Origin: a virus
Taxonomy: Duplodnaviria > Heunggongvirae > Uroviricota > Caudoviricetes
Virus record (IMG/VR): IMGVR_UViG_3300029467_000153
Direction: 5' to 3' (one strand)
DNA: 25,684 bases
Position 1 is the stretch's first letter, and every line of letters begins with the position of its first letter. Below are positions 1 through 8,621 of this stretch, in pieces. A program made the translations under genes and the position numbers. The notes beneath the pieces are model-generated. The model was given only the letters and a program-made list of their open reading frames with translations. It was not told the origin of the DNA and did no database searches.

Positions 1-1020
1 ATGAAAAGCATATTAATTGAAAAACCGAATCAACTGGCGATTGTCGAACGTGAAATACCCACCCCGTCAGCGGGTGAAGTACGAGTAAAAGTGAAACTTG
101 CCGGAATTTGTGGTTCAGATAGCCATATTTATCGTGGGCATAATCCTTTTGCGAAATATCCGCGCGTCATTGGTCATGAATTCTTTGGCGTCATTGATGC
201 AGTGGGTGAAGGCGTGGAAAGCGCCAGAGTCGGTGAACGTGTTGCTGTCGATCCGGTGGTCAGCTGTGGGCATTGCTATCCGTGCTCTATAGGTAAACCG
301 AACGTTTGTACGACACTGGCTGTATTAGGTGTGCACGCTGACGGTGGTTTCAGTGAATATGCCGTGGTTCCGGCAAAAAATGCGTGGAAAATTCCTGAAG
401 CAGTGGCCGATCAATATGCGGTAATGATCGAACCTTTTACCATTGCGGCTAACGTAACCGGACATGGTCAACCGACTGAAAATGATACCGTTCTGGTTTA
501 TGGTGCCGGTCCAATCGGCCTGACGATCGTTCAGGTATTAAAAGGCGTCTATAACGTTAAAAATGTGATTGTTGCCGATCGCATTGATGAACGACTGGAA
601 AAAGCGAAAGAGAGCGGGGCTGACTGGGCGATTAATAACAGCCAGACACCGCTTGGCGAGATTTTCACTGAAAAAGGCATCAAGCCGACATTAATTATCG
701 ATGCGGCTTGTCATCCTTCTATCCTGAAAGAGGCCGTAACGCTGGCTTCTCCAGCGGCACGTATTGTATTGATGGGGTTCTCCAGTGAACCGTCTGAAGT
801 GATTCAGCAAGGAATTACCGGAAAAGAACTCTCTATTTTCTCTTCACGCTTAAATGCAAATAAATTCCCGATCGTTATCGACTGGTTAAGTAAAGGGTTA
901 ATTAAACCAGAAAAATTAATTACCCATACGTTTGATTTCCAGCATGTTGCTGATGCCATTAGTTTATTTGAACAGGATCAAAAACATTGCTGCAAAGTCT
1001 TACTCACTTTTTCTGAATAA
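1..1020 (+). CDS. rspB: Zn-dependent alcohol/polyol dehydrogenase (MDR family), starvation-sensing RspB-like
   Basis: 339-aa ORF with GHE motif (GHEFFGVI), structural-zinc Cys cluster (CGHCYPCSIGKPNVC) and GAGPIG Rossmann motif; matches my recollection of E. coli RspB (339 aa). Confidence 0.85.
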   Translation: MKSILIEKPNQLAIVEREIPTPSAGEVRVKVKLAGICGSDSHIYRGHNPFAKYPRVIGHEFFGVIDAVGEGVESARVGERVAVDPVVSCGHCYPCSIGKPNVCTTLAVLGVHADGGFSEYAVVPAKNAWKIPEAVADQYAVMIEPFTIAANVTGHGQPTENDTVLVYGAGPIGLTIVQVLKGVYNVKNVIVADRIDERLEKAKESGADWAINNSQTPLGEIFTEKGIKPTLIIDAACHPSILKEAVTLASPAARIVLMGFSSEPSEVIQQGITGKELSIFSSRLNANKFPIVIDWLSKGLIKPEKLITHTFDFQHVADAISLFEQDQKHCCKVLLTFSE

Positions 1021-1077
1021 TACCAATAACGGCGAGTAAGTAGTACGCATCTTACCTCTTTTTTAGAGATAACCATT

Positions 1078-1188
1078 ATGACAATAGAAAAACACGAAAG
1101 AAGCACTAAGGATTTGGTGAAAGCAGCAGTATCGGGATGGCTGGGCACTGCGCTTGAATTTATGGATTTCAAGAGTCATGCGTGTTAA
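1078..1188 (+). pseudogene. ydfJ: 5' fragment of MFS transporter gene (ydfJ) cut off by prophage insertion
   Basis: ATG at 1078 encodes MTIEKHERSTKDLVKAAVSGWLGTALEFMDF, then runs into prophage DNA and stops after 5 foreign codons; reading continues logically at 24410 (QLYSLGAALVF...). Confidence 0.6.
1156..1170. repeat. attL core, direct repeat of 24396-24409
   Basis: gaatttatggatttc here versus gaattatggatttc at 24396-24409 (one indel); the two copies bracket the integrase-containing block and both lie in ydfJ codons. Confidence 0.55.
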
Positions 1189-1207
1189 CTATTTGATAAA
1201 TATTAAA

Positions 1208-2503
1208 TTAATTTTTCATTGCTTCGTTATGGGGCATGGTTGGGGCAAACTCGCTTAACTGTGTATTTAACAAAGCTACCTGTGCATTATTGTTTTCAGA
1301 CATCCATTTTCCGTATACCTGAAATACCATTTGCGCATCTGCATGGCCCATCTGGTTTGCTATAAATGCCGGGTTAGCACCAGCTGTCAGCGACCAGCAG
1401 GCATAAGTATGTCTCGACTGATATGATTTTCGATGGCGGAGTCCGGCACGTTTTATCGCTGCGTCCCACATCTGCCTTATTGAGTCAACGGTAAAATGGT
1501 CACCATAATTTTTTACTCTCGCTGACACTTCAGGTTGAAAAACAAAGGTGCATTTTTGTTTTTCTGTTCTGCCATACTCTCTGAGGTGAACATCAATGAT
1601 ATGCTCTTTGCTCAGTCTCGTTAATGTCATCTGACTCCGGAGAGCGTCGATTGCTGGCTTAATAAGATGAATGACCCGATTGGTTCCCGCCTGTGTTTTT
1701 GGTACCGTGAAACGGTCTTTTGCTAAATTTCTCCTGATCATCATTGTTCCATTTTTCAGATCTATGTCCTCCCATCCAAGTGCACACAGCTCACCAGGGC
1801 GAACGCCAGTATAAACAGAAACACACCATAAATTTTTTGCTTGCTGATTTCTGCACGCATCGATAAGACGGATAAATTCTTCCCGCGAAAGAGGATCCGG
1901 AATGGTTCTTGATTCCTTTAATGGCGAGATCCCCTTAAACGGATTATCTGCCAGGTAACCGTTATCAACACCAAACTGGAACACGGCGTTAAGATTTGTC
2001 ATGTAATTATTTACAGTTACAGCCGATCTCCCTGGTTGTGTAACAATATAGTTACTTTTGGGGATCTGGTATCCAGTCAGTAACTCTTTACGAACCTCCA
2101 GTAATTTTTCTTTATTAATCGATGAGGCAAGATTTTTTTCACCGATTATGCTCAGGATATTTTTGATGACGGCACGGTATGTGTTGAGTGATGTTTTGGC
2201 GACTTCAGTTTCTTTCAGTGCCAGAAATTTTTCAGCCAGTTCTTTTATGGTTAAATCTTGTCGGGCCTCACCAAATTTTTCCAGATTGCGTGAGGAGGGA
2301 AACTGTTTTGCATAGTCGAAAACACCAGTTTTTATTGCGTAACAAACAGAGGAGCGTAGTTCACCTGCAACGCGCCTGTTTTTTGCTGTGTCAGGAACCC
2401 CCAGATTTTCCCTGACTCTTACGTCTTTATAAACAAACCAGATACGTAATTTCCCTCCATGGTTTTCCACGCCTGTCGGATATTTCATTTCAACTTCTCT
2501 CAT
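1208..2503 (-). CDS. int: phage tyrosine integrase (full length)
   Basis: 431-aa ORF with tyrosine-recombinase C-terminal motifs (RHTYACW; GHADAQMVFQVYGKW) and an N-terminal arm-binding-type region; sits next to attL and is transcribed toward it. The second ATG at 2488 (MKYPTG) has the better purine-rich upstream context. Confidence 0.9.
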   Translation of the reverse strand: MREVEMKYPTGVENHGGKLRIWFVYKDVRVRENLGVPDTAKNRRVAGELRSSVCYAIKTGVFDYAKQFPSSRNLEKFGEARQDLTIKELAEKFLALKETEVAKTSLNTYRAVIKNILSIIGEKNLASSINKEKLLEVRKELLTGYQIPKSNYIVTQPGRSAVTVNNYMTNLNAVFQFGVDNGYLADNPFKGISPLKESRTIPDPLSREEFIRLIDACRNQQAKNLWCVSVYTGVRPGELCALGWEDIDLKNGTMMIRRNLAKDRFTVPKTQAGTNRVIHLIKPAIDALRSQMTLTRLSKEHIIDVHLREYGRTEKQKCTFVFQPEVSARVKNYGDHFTVDSIRQMWDAAIKRAGLRHRKSYQSRHTYACWSLTAGANPAFIANQMGHADAQMVFQVYGKWMSENNNAQVALLNTQLSEFAPTMPHNEAMKN

Positions 2504-2522
2504 TAGTTAGTGTGGCTTTTAG

Positions 2523-2774
2523 TCAAGTAAGATGACGTCTTGGTCTCGCTGATGCCTGGCGCTCAATCCAGCGATCAATTTCTTCCAGGTTGTAAAAGCA
2601 TGGACTGTTATCCCATGGCATACCGTCATGAGCGACATGCTTATATTCCCTTCCTTCCATAAACGATTTTTCCCGGGCCTTTTTTAACGTACCTTTTTTT
2701 ATTCCTTTCAGCGCAATTAACTGCTCTTCGGATACCCATTTGCCGGGAGAGACAATCATGATTACTTCGCTCAT
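2523..2774 (-). CDS. xis: putative excisionase / small DNA-binding protein
   Basis: 83-aa ORF immediately upstream of int on the same strand, basic C-terminus; call is by position and size only. Confidence 0.45.
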   Translation of the reverse strand: MSEVIMIVSPGKWVSEEQLIALKGIKKGTLKKAREKSFMEGREYKHVAHDGMPWDNSPCFYNLEEIDRWIERQASARPRRHLT

Positions 2775-2846
2775 CGATTTCTTTATCTCTTACATCAGAC
2801 GAGCGCCGGTTGCAGAATACCAGTCACAACCGGCGACAGTTGAACA

Positions 2847-5318
2847 TTAAGAATCAGCCTGACTCGGGATCAGTTTTTGCCAGATAACTGAAACGTATTT
2901 TGCCTGGTAACGGGCGTCATCAAGTGCATTATGGCGCTCACCTTCGAATGGAATAGCCGTTCTGGCATCGAAGTCTATGGCTTTCCCCAGCTCAACGATT
3001 GTGCGTACATCGCGATCGTTGTAGTAACGCCACGGGCAGGGGATCCCCTGCCGTTCGTATGAACGGCGCAAAATCGTGTTGTCGAAGTTGGCTCCATTTC
3101 CCCAAACCTGAACAAAAAATTCACCGGAGTTTTCGTCGATAAATTCTCGCAATTGTAACAGTGCATCATCTAACGGGATTTCATCGGTCATAATGGCAGA
3201 TTGCGCTTCGCGTGATTGCTTAAGCCACCATTTAATGGTGTCCCGATCAATGACTCCGCCAGCAGTTTCCAGATCGATAGTCTTACTAAATTCCGGTCCC
3301 ATATCTCCGGTTTGCGGATCGAAAAATATTGCACCTATTGAGATGATCGGGGCATCAGGATTTTTTCCCATGGTTTCAAGGTCGATCATTAGATGGTCAC
3401 ACGTCCTGCTGGTGGATGTGATTTCGTGATGACTGTTCACCTTAATTGGGTGATCTGCCGTCTCGCCAGTTTCATTATCGCTATTGTGATGCTGATTGCC
3501 GCCAGTGTTCTCCTTGTGTGGATGTTCAGCGCCTTCCATTTCCTCCGGATCATCTTCCTGAACTTCAACCTGATACTCTTCATCGAATGTTTCTTGGTAT
3601 GTTGCGTCGCCCATCACCGCGCCACAATCAGGGCAGTTGCCGCCGCCGGTCTGACCGCAGGCGGTGCAGACTTTTTCCACTTCCTGTTGCGCTACTGGTT
3701 CAGGCTGTTTCGTTTCTGGCTCGTTTTGTAACGCATTTGGACTGTTTTGTTCCGCTTTTTGGTAGTTCCGTTCCGATTCATGCTGGTTCTGGTTCACAGA
3801 ATCGCGGGTCTGGAGCCCCTTAACCCATTTCGGATCATTCGGGTCACTAATCCCTTCAACAAATTCACCACGTGATGCAGCAAGCAACTTATCGGCGTCA
3901 GGCTGGCTGATATTGGCTGCCTGCATAATTTTGTTTACTTCGTCAGCGGTAACTTTTATCGGCTCTGGTTGTTCTGAATCTTCAGCGGTATCTACATTTT
4001 GCGGTAAGCCCGTGTATGTGCCATTTTTTCGGGCAAAATATTCTTCTTTTGTGATTTCAGTGGCGCCAGCAGCCAGTGCCTTATCCAGACCAGAGAGTTT
4101 GTTTGCGCGACCGTATTTTTCTCCGTCCTTATCTGCGAAGAGGAAATAGAACGGCCCCTCACGCTCTACAGATGGTTCAGCTTCCGGCGCGGTTTCATTT
4201 TTTGGGATATCAGATACCTCAGTTTCCACTGCATCAGTTTGTGTGTCTGATGACTGGAGAACATCAACAGTGCCCAGGTCTGTTTCTTCATTCTCAAACA
4301 CGCCCTTTGTCGTCAGGTATTCGCAGATATATTTGTTCAGTGCTACGGGATCTTTGTGAATGTCGATCGGACGCTCACGGACAAGGCCAAAAATAGTTTG
4401 GCGGTCGTAGCGAAGGGCATCAGGCTGTTTGCGCATTGATGCCGAGATACGCTTCCAGTCTTCGCGGTCGTTGTCGATAACTTCTTTTTTTGCCCAGCGA
4501 TGGATGCTGCCGTCAATGTTTCCGGCATCCACATCACTAGGCCAGAGAGCGTAGGCCAGTTCGTCATCCAGTGTTTTCCATGTCTGCTTGTATTCGCGAT
4601 GAATGGCAGCAATGACCGGGCTGATTTTTCCTGTTGAATTTTCAGTGTACTGTTGATTGGCTCTGGCGCGGGCGAGATCAACAACAGACGTGTATTTTCC
4701 GGTTTCCTTGCGTTCACCTTCGCGACGTTTTTTCCAGATGCGCATCTCTGCCTGAATTTCGGGCCATTTAGCACCAGGAATACATTTATGCTTAACCCAC
4801 CCAATGGCGTGCAACTTAAGCTCCGGATACATGGCGTTAACTTCTGGCATTTTCATCAACGCTTCAACGATATGTCCGTCGAATGTTGCCATGTCTTCCT
4901 GCAACAATTCCTGTGCGCTAATAACCATATCAACGGTGATGTTTTCACATGTGTCGAACTTAACCATGACAGCGTTCTGTACTTCAGGGGCCAGCTTGTC
5001 AAAAGTGACGTTCATCGGATCGGATTCAGTCTCAACCGGGACAAAAGAAGCAGACTCCTCATCCCAGCGGTTTTCCTGCATATATTCAGCATCCCATGAA
5101 TCGAGGGCAGGGCGGGGTATGCCAGGTTTATCCTCGCAGACAATAAATTTATAAGCGCAGTCCTGAGCAGCCGGATAATGTTCTAGGAATTGCCAGTGAA
5201 ATTTTGCTCGAGCACGGCGTTCGTCGCCAGCTTCAATGGCTGTGGCTACAGCCACAGCGCCTTCTTCCCTTGTTGCCAGTTCGTCAGGAATAGCGGCGCA
5301 AATAAAGACTTTACTCAT
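2847..5318 (-). CDS. large prophage protein with C-terminal DEDDh (DnaQ-like) 3'-5' exonuclease domain; family often annotated exodeoxyribonuclease VIII-like
   Basis: 823-aa ORF; C-terminal about 180 aa carry Exo I (MIDLETMG), Exo II (GNGANFDNTIL) and Exo III (HNALDDARYQ) motifs; central acidic low-complexity linker and a Cys4 motif (CTACGQTGGGNCPDCG); occupies the exo/bet position of the leftward operon. Confidence 0.7.
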   Translation of the reverse strand: MSKVFICAAIPDELATREEGAVAVATAIEAGDERRARAKFHWQFLEHYPAAQDCAYKFIVCEDKPGIPRPALDSWDAEYMQENRWDEESASFVPVETESDPMNVTFDKLAPEVQNAVMVKFDTCENITVDMVISAQELLQEDMATFDGHIVEALMKMPEVNAMYPELKLHAIGWVKHKCIPGAKWPEIQAEMRIWKKRREGERKETGKYTSVVDLARARANQQYTENSTGKISPVIAAIHREYKQTWKTLDDELAYALWPSDVDAGNIDGSIHRWAKKEVIDNDREDWKRISASMRKQPDALRYDRQTIFGLVRERPIDIHKDPVALNKYICEYLTTKGVFENEETDLGTVDVLQSSDTQTDAVETEVSDIPKNETAPEAEPSVEREGPFYFLFADKDGEKYGRANKLSGLDKALAAGATEITKEEYFARKNGTYTGLPQNVDTAEDSEQPEPIKVTADEVNKIMQAANISQPDADKLLAASRGEFVEGISDPNDPKWVKGLQTRDSVNQNQHESERNYQKAEQNSPNALQNEPETKQPEPVAQQEVEKVCTACGQTGGGNCPDCGAVMGDATYQETFDEEYQVEVQEDDPEEMEGAEHPHKENTGGNQHHNSDNETGETADHPIKVNSHHEITSTSRTCDHLMIDLETMGKNPDAPIISIGAIFFDPQTGDMGPEFSKTIDLETAGGVIDRDTIKWWLKQSREAQSAIMTDEIPLDDALLQLREFIDENSGEFFVQVWGNGANFDNTILRRSYERQGIPCPWRYYNDRDVRTIVELGKAIDFDARTAIPFEGERHNALDDARYQAKYVSVIWQKLIPSQADS

Positions 5319-5411
5319 TTTGTTTTAACCTCATGACAGATTTAAGGATGAACAAATCCCTGCCATTGCTGGCATATAAGAATGAAACCGGATATTTATT
5401 ACGGAACTGTT

Positions 5412-5612
5412 TTAAAGACCTGCCGGGATTTCGATATTATCCTGGTGAATAACTTTATCGACCGGGTAACAGTTACCGGGAATTTTCTGTTCGGTTGCTG
5501 CAGTCATACACTCCTGCATTGTCCTGTGAACACTGACTGCAATATCAACTGGCACTCCGGAAACAAGAAAAACTGTCAGAACAAGCGCAAATGCTGAATT
5601 TATTGTGCACAT
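5412..5612 (-). CDS. ydfD: small prophage protein, YdfD-like (lysis-associated in K-12 Qin)
   Basis: 66 aa from the internal Met (MCTINSAFALVLTVFLVSG...), hydrophobic N-terminus; lies directly downstream of dicB as in K-12. Identity is from memory and the start is uncertain (ORF extends to 5657). Confidence 0.5.
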   Translation of the reverse strand: MCTINSAFALVLTVFLVSGVPVDIAVSVHRTMQECMTAATEQKIPGNCYPVDKVIHQDNIEIPAGL

Positions 5613-5788
5613 CCTTTTGGCATCAGACGTAAACGAGCCAGCATTGAAACAATGCATATTTTATTTAATAGCTCCCGTTCTTGTTTTCTCTTGTTAATGG
5701 CATCTTCAGTAAATACAGGGTTACTGATAGTGACACCAATTTCAAAACAACCTTCAGACGTATTAACGTTTGGTAATAACGTTTTCAT
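5600..5788 (-). CDS. dicB: cell-division inhibitor DicB
   Basis: 62-aa ORF MKTLLPNVNTSEGCFEIGVTISNPVF... matching my recollection of DicB; GAGGA Shine-Dalgarno 9-13 nt upstream of the ATG. Confidence 0.7.
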   Translation of the reverse strand: MKTLLPNVNTSEGCFEIGVTISNPVFTEDAINKRKQERELLNKICIVSMLARLRLMPKGCAQ

Positions 5789-5929
5789 TATCGCGTCCTC
5801 AACAATGAATTTTGTGATGCAGTGCCTGGTGCCTCCAGGTGACGTTAACCAGTTAACAATTAACGTCGGATATTCGAACGCTGGAAGGCTATCGACACCA
5901 GGGATAAGCGTGAAAAGTTCACGGCGCTA

Positions 5930-6193
5930 GTGCCTGCAATTATGGAGGCTATTCGGATTAATGATTTCAGGTTGTATCGTGAAATTAGTGACGGAAAAAG
6001 CATCACGTACATGATCGCCGGGTTAAACAAAGAATATGGCGATGTGGTGGAGTCCGGACTGCTTTTTGCTGATCCTGCCGTAGTGGATCGTGAAACTGAC
6101 GAACTTATAGAAAAAGCAATTGCTTTCAAACTTGCGTATCGACAGCAATACCAACAAAAAGCTGGATGGAATTATGAGCCTTCTTTTTGCTGA
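5930..6193 (+). CDS. hypothetical protein, first gene of the rightward early region
   Basis: 87-aa ORF (GTG at 5930 or ATG at 5942) with balanced composition, unlike the Ser/Thr-rich antisense ORF 5860-6129; its stop overlaps the start of the next gene (coupling). Weak RBS. Confidence 0.3.
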   Translation: MPAIMEAIRINDFRLYREISDGKSITYMIAGLNKEYGDVVESGLLFADPAVVDRETDELIEKAIAFKLAYRQQYQQKAGWNYEPSFC

Positions 6194-7046
6194 ACGCCCA
6201 CTGGTTATAAACACACAGCTTGCGATGAAGATTGGCTTAAATGAAGCCATTGTGTTGCAGCAGTTGCATTACTGGTTGAGAGATACCAATTCCGGCATGG
6301 AATGTGATGGTGTTCGCTGGATTTACAACACAACGGAACAATGGCTGGAACAGTTCCCATTCTGGTCAGAGTCAACGTTAAAGCGCGCGTTTGCAAGTCT
6401 GAAAACGCTGGGGCTTTTGCGTTGTGAAAAGCTCAATAAATCAAAGCGCGATATGACCAATTTCTACACGATCAACTACGGGAGCGAGCTTTTAGATGGT
6501 GGCAAATTGAGCGAATCCATCGGTTTAAAATGCGCCGCTCCATCAGGTCAAAATGACACGATGGAAGAGGTCAAAATGAAACGCTCCATTGGTTCAAAAC
6601 GACCCAATGTCATCGGGTCAAAATGGCCTGATGATCTTACAGAGAATACAACAGAGATTACTACAGAGAATAAAAACACTTTTCGTCCGGAAGCTTCGCA
6701 ACCGGACCCGCAGACCGCTGAACAGGATTTTTTAACCCGGAACCCCGACGCGGTTGTGTTTAGTGCGAAAAAACGCCAGTGGGGTAGCAGGGAGGATTTG
6801 GCGTGTGCGCAGTGGATTTGGGGGCGGATCGTGAACCTTTACGAACAGGCTGCCAGCGACGATGGAGAGATCATGCGACCAAAAGAGCCTAACTGGACAG
6901 CCTGGGCCAATGACGTGCGCACAATGCGGATGCTGGATGGCAGAAGCCACAGACAAATTTGCGAAATGTTTGGTCGGGTAAGCCAGATTCTGGCACTGAC
7001 AGATAGAAAGCCTGTTATCTGTCAACGAACAGGGAAAAAACGATAA
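6174..7046 (+). CDS. phage replisome-organiser / replication-initiator-like protein (winged-helix N-terminal domain)
   Basis: Start chosen at the internal ATG 6174 (MSLLFAERPLVINTQLAMKIGLNEAIVLQQLHYWL...); the N-terminal pattern ...EQWLEQFPFWSESTLKRAFASLKTLGLLRCEK resembles DnaD / phage replisome-organiser N-domains. Recognised by pattern only. Confidence 0.45.
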   Translation: MSLLFAERPLVINTQLAMKIGLNEAIVLQQLHYWLRDTNSGMECDGVRWIYNTTEQWLEQFPFWSESTLKRAFASLKTLGLLRCEKLNKSKRDMTNFYTINYGSELLDGGKLSESIGLKCAAPSGQNDTMEEVKMKRSIGSKRPNVIGSKWPDDLTENTTEITTENKNTFRPEASQPDPQTAEQDFLTRNPDAVVFSAKKRQWGSREDLACAQWIWGRIVNLYEQAASDDGEIMRPKEPNWTAWANDVRTMRMLDGRSHRQICEMFGRVSQILALTDRKPVICQRTGKKR

Positions 7047-7566
7047 AACCCACTGGATTATTTTTATGAAAGAGGCATCCAGTGAGTAGATTCGTAAGGT
7101 TACAGATACGTATATCTGAATAATTAAATTCAGTTCTGTAAATAAAACTTAATCCTTAACCGGATGGATTTCTGCACCCTCAGAACATCAGGAGGCCGCC
7201 CGAAAGGGCGGTAGTGAAATGCGAAAGTTCAAAATTATTATTGAAACGGGAATAGCTGGTGGAGATTTTGAGGATGTATTCGAAGTGGACGATGACGCAA
7301 CACCTGATGAAATTCATGACGGAGCATAAGAAATTTTCTTTAACTACTGCAATTACTCATACCACGAAATAAAAGACGATGAGGAAGAACAAAGTGGCTG
7401 ATTTTTGTTCAGCTAAATATAACATCAGTTTTGAAGAGCGGGATGAACTATTAATGGACTATGGTGAGTTACGCGGTGGAAGTGCTGCTGATGTCGAATC
7501 CTAGCGTGATGACTATGAAGCGGGAAAAACTCCGGTCGAAGCATATTGTGATGAGTGGGGCGATGA

Positions 7567-7854
7567 ATGAGCGAGATTAATTATCAGGAAGGGCATGAAA
7601 CGGCGGGGCAAGCAAAACCAGTGACATGGCGATATCGCTACGTGAAAAAAGGCGTTACGGACTTTCAGGGGAAGTAGTGGTCTGGTGACTGGAAATATGT
7701 ACCGAAAAAAGAGGATTGTAACGACAGGCCGAACTATCAAATTCAGGCCTTATTCACTGCCTCACCAGTCCCGGTTACATCAGAAGAATTGGTTAAAGCT
7801 GTGCACTTTTATGAACAACTAAAACGCGAAAATCCACCAACATCCGGCAACTAG
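7567..7854 (+). pseudogene. about 95-codon ORF interrupted by a single in-frame amber codon
   Basis: MSEINYQEGHETAGQAKPVTWRYRYVKKGVTDFQGK-TAG(7675-7677)-WSGDWKYVPKKEDCNDRPNYQIQALF...PPTSGN in one frame; the frame stays open on both sides of the stop. Confidence 0.3.
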
Positions 7855-8108
7855 ATTAATGGGTTAACTATGTCGGTTAAACGACCAGCCAACTGAAAAA
7901 GCGGAAACCTGATTACAGGTTGCCAGATAAGGCAATGAGCTACCTGGCGCGGAACGGACTGATAAGTATGGGGAATGTTTTACGATGAACCTTTAGACTA
8001 AAGAGTTTGTAACGCTATGTAAGTGATTTTTTCTGGTTTAGATATTTATATGTCCGGCCAAATTGAGGTGTGTTTAAATGTAATTGCACATTGATTGTAG
8101 GAGGAATA

Positions 8109-8246
8109 ATGAAAAACGCATTGCAGTTTTTGTTTGTTGCGTTCTGGTTGTTCGCATCATGTATGCCCATCATCTTCACAGCAAGGTATATGGAAAAAGT
8201 TGATGTTTTGATATTAATATTTGGATATATAAATGCCCTTTTTTAG
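8109..8246 (+). CDS. small hydrophobic (membrane) protein, 45 aa
   Basis: AGGAGG at 8099-8104, 4 nt before ATG 8109; product MKNALQFLFVAFWLFASCMPIIFTARYMEKVDVLILIFGYINALF is largely one hydrophobic helix. Confidence 0.35.
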   Translation: MKNALQFLFVAFWLFASCMPIIFTARYMEKVDVLILIFGYINALF

Positions 8247-8621
8247 GGGTGTTCATGGCGGTCATGTGCATTGAATACTGGCGGTAAATACAGCGAACTC
8301 CATTGGTTTAGTTGGATATTTACTGTGCTGGACAAAAACGGTTTGCGGGGAAATCTTAGTTAAGTAGAATGACTGCGGGTGCTTGAGGCTATCTGCCTCG
8401 GGCACGAACACCAACGGCAGGTAGAGAAAAGCCCCAGTTAACATTACGCGTCCTGCAAGACGCTTAACATTAATCTGAGGCCAATTTCATGCCAGACACA
8501 TGTAGGTTAGCCTCTTACGTGCCGAAAGGCAAGGAGAAGCAGGCTATTGTTAACACCAAGCTGTAATGTCCCCTTTGAACCATTCTAAAATGTCCCCAGA
8601 CAATTCTCTGGGGGATTTTTC

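Noticed and set aside
2975-5154. Several 64-153-aa ORFs on both strands inside the 823-aa exonuclease gene (2975-3169, 3193-3429, 3393-3731, 3446-3823, 3913-4149, 4076-4396, 4343-4804, 4653-5099, 4804-5154)
   Set aside because: All are nested in or antisense to a long ORF with clear domain motifs and have skewed, Arg/Ser/Cys-rich composition typical of off-frame translation.
5838-5850. Plus-strand 9-nt match (GGTGACGTT) to my recollection of the DicF sRNA 5' region
   Set aside because: It is on the wrong strand for a dicB-linked dicF, a 9-mer match is expected by chance in 25 kb, and no GC hairpin with U-tail follows. DicF is therefore not called.
5860-6129. Minus-strand 89-aa ORF upstream of dicB, considered as a ydfC/dicA-like gene
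   Set aside because: Ser/Thr-rich low-complexity product and full overlap with a better-composed plus-strand ORF; more likely an antisense shadow, though I cannot exclude it without a homology search.
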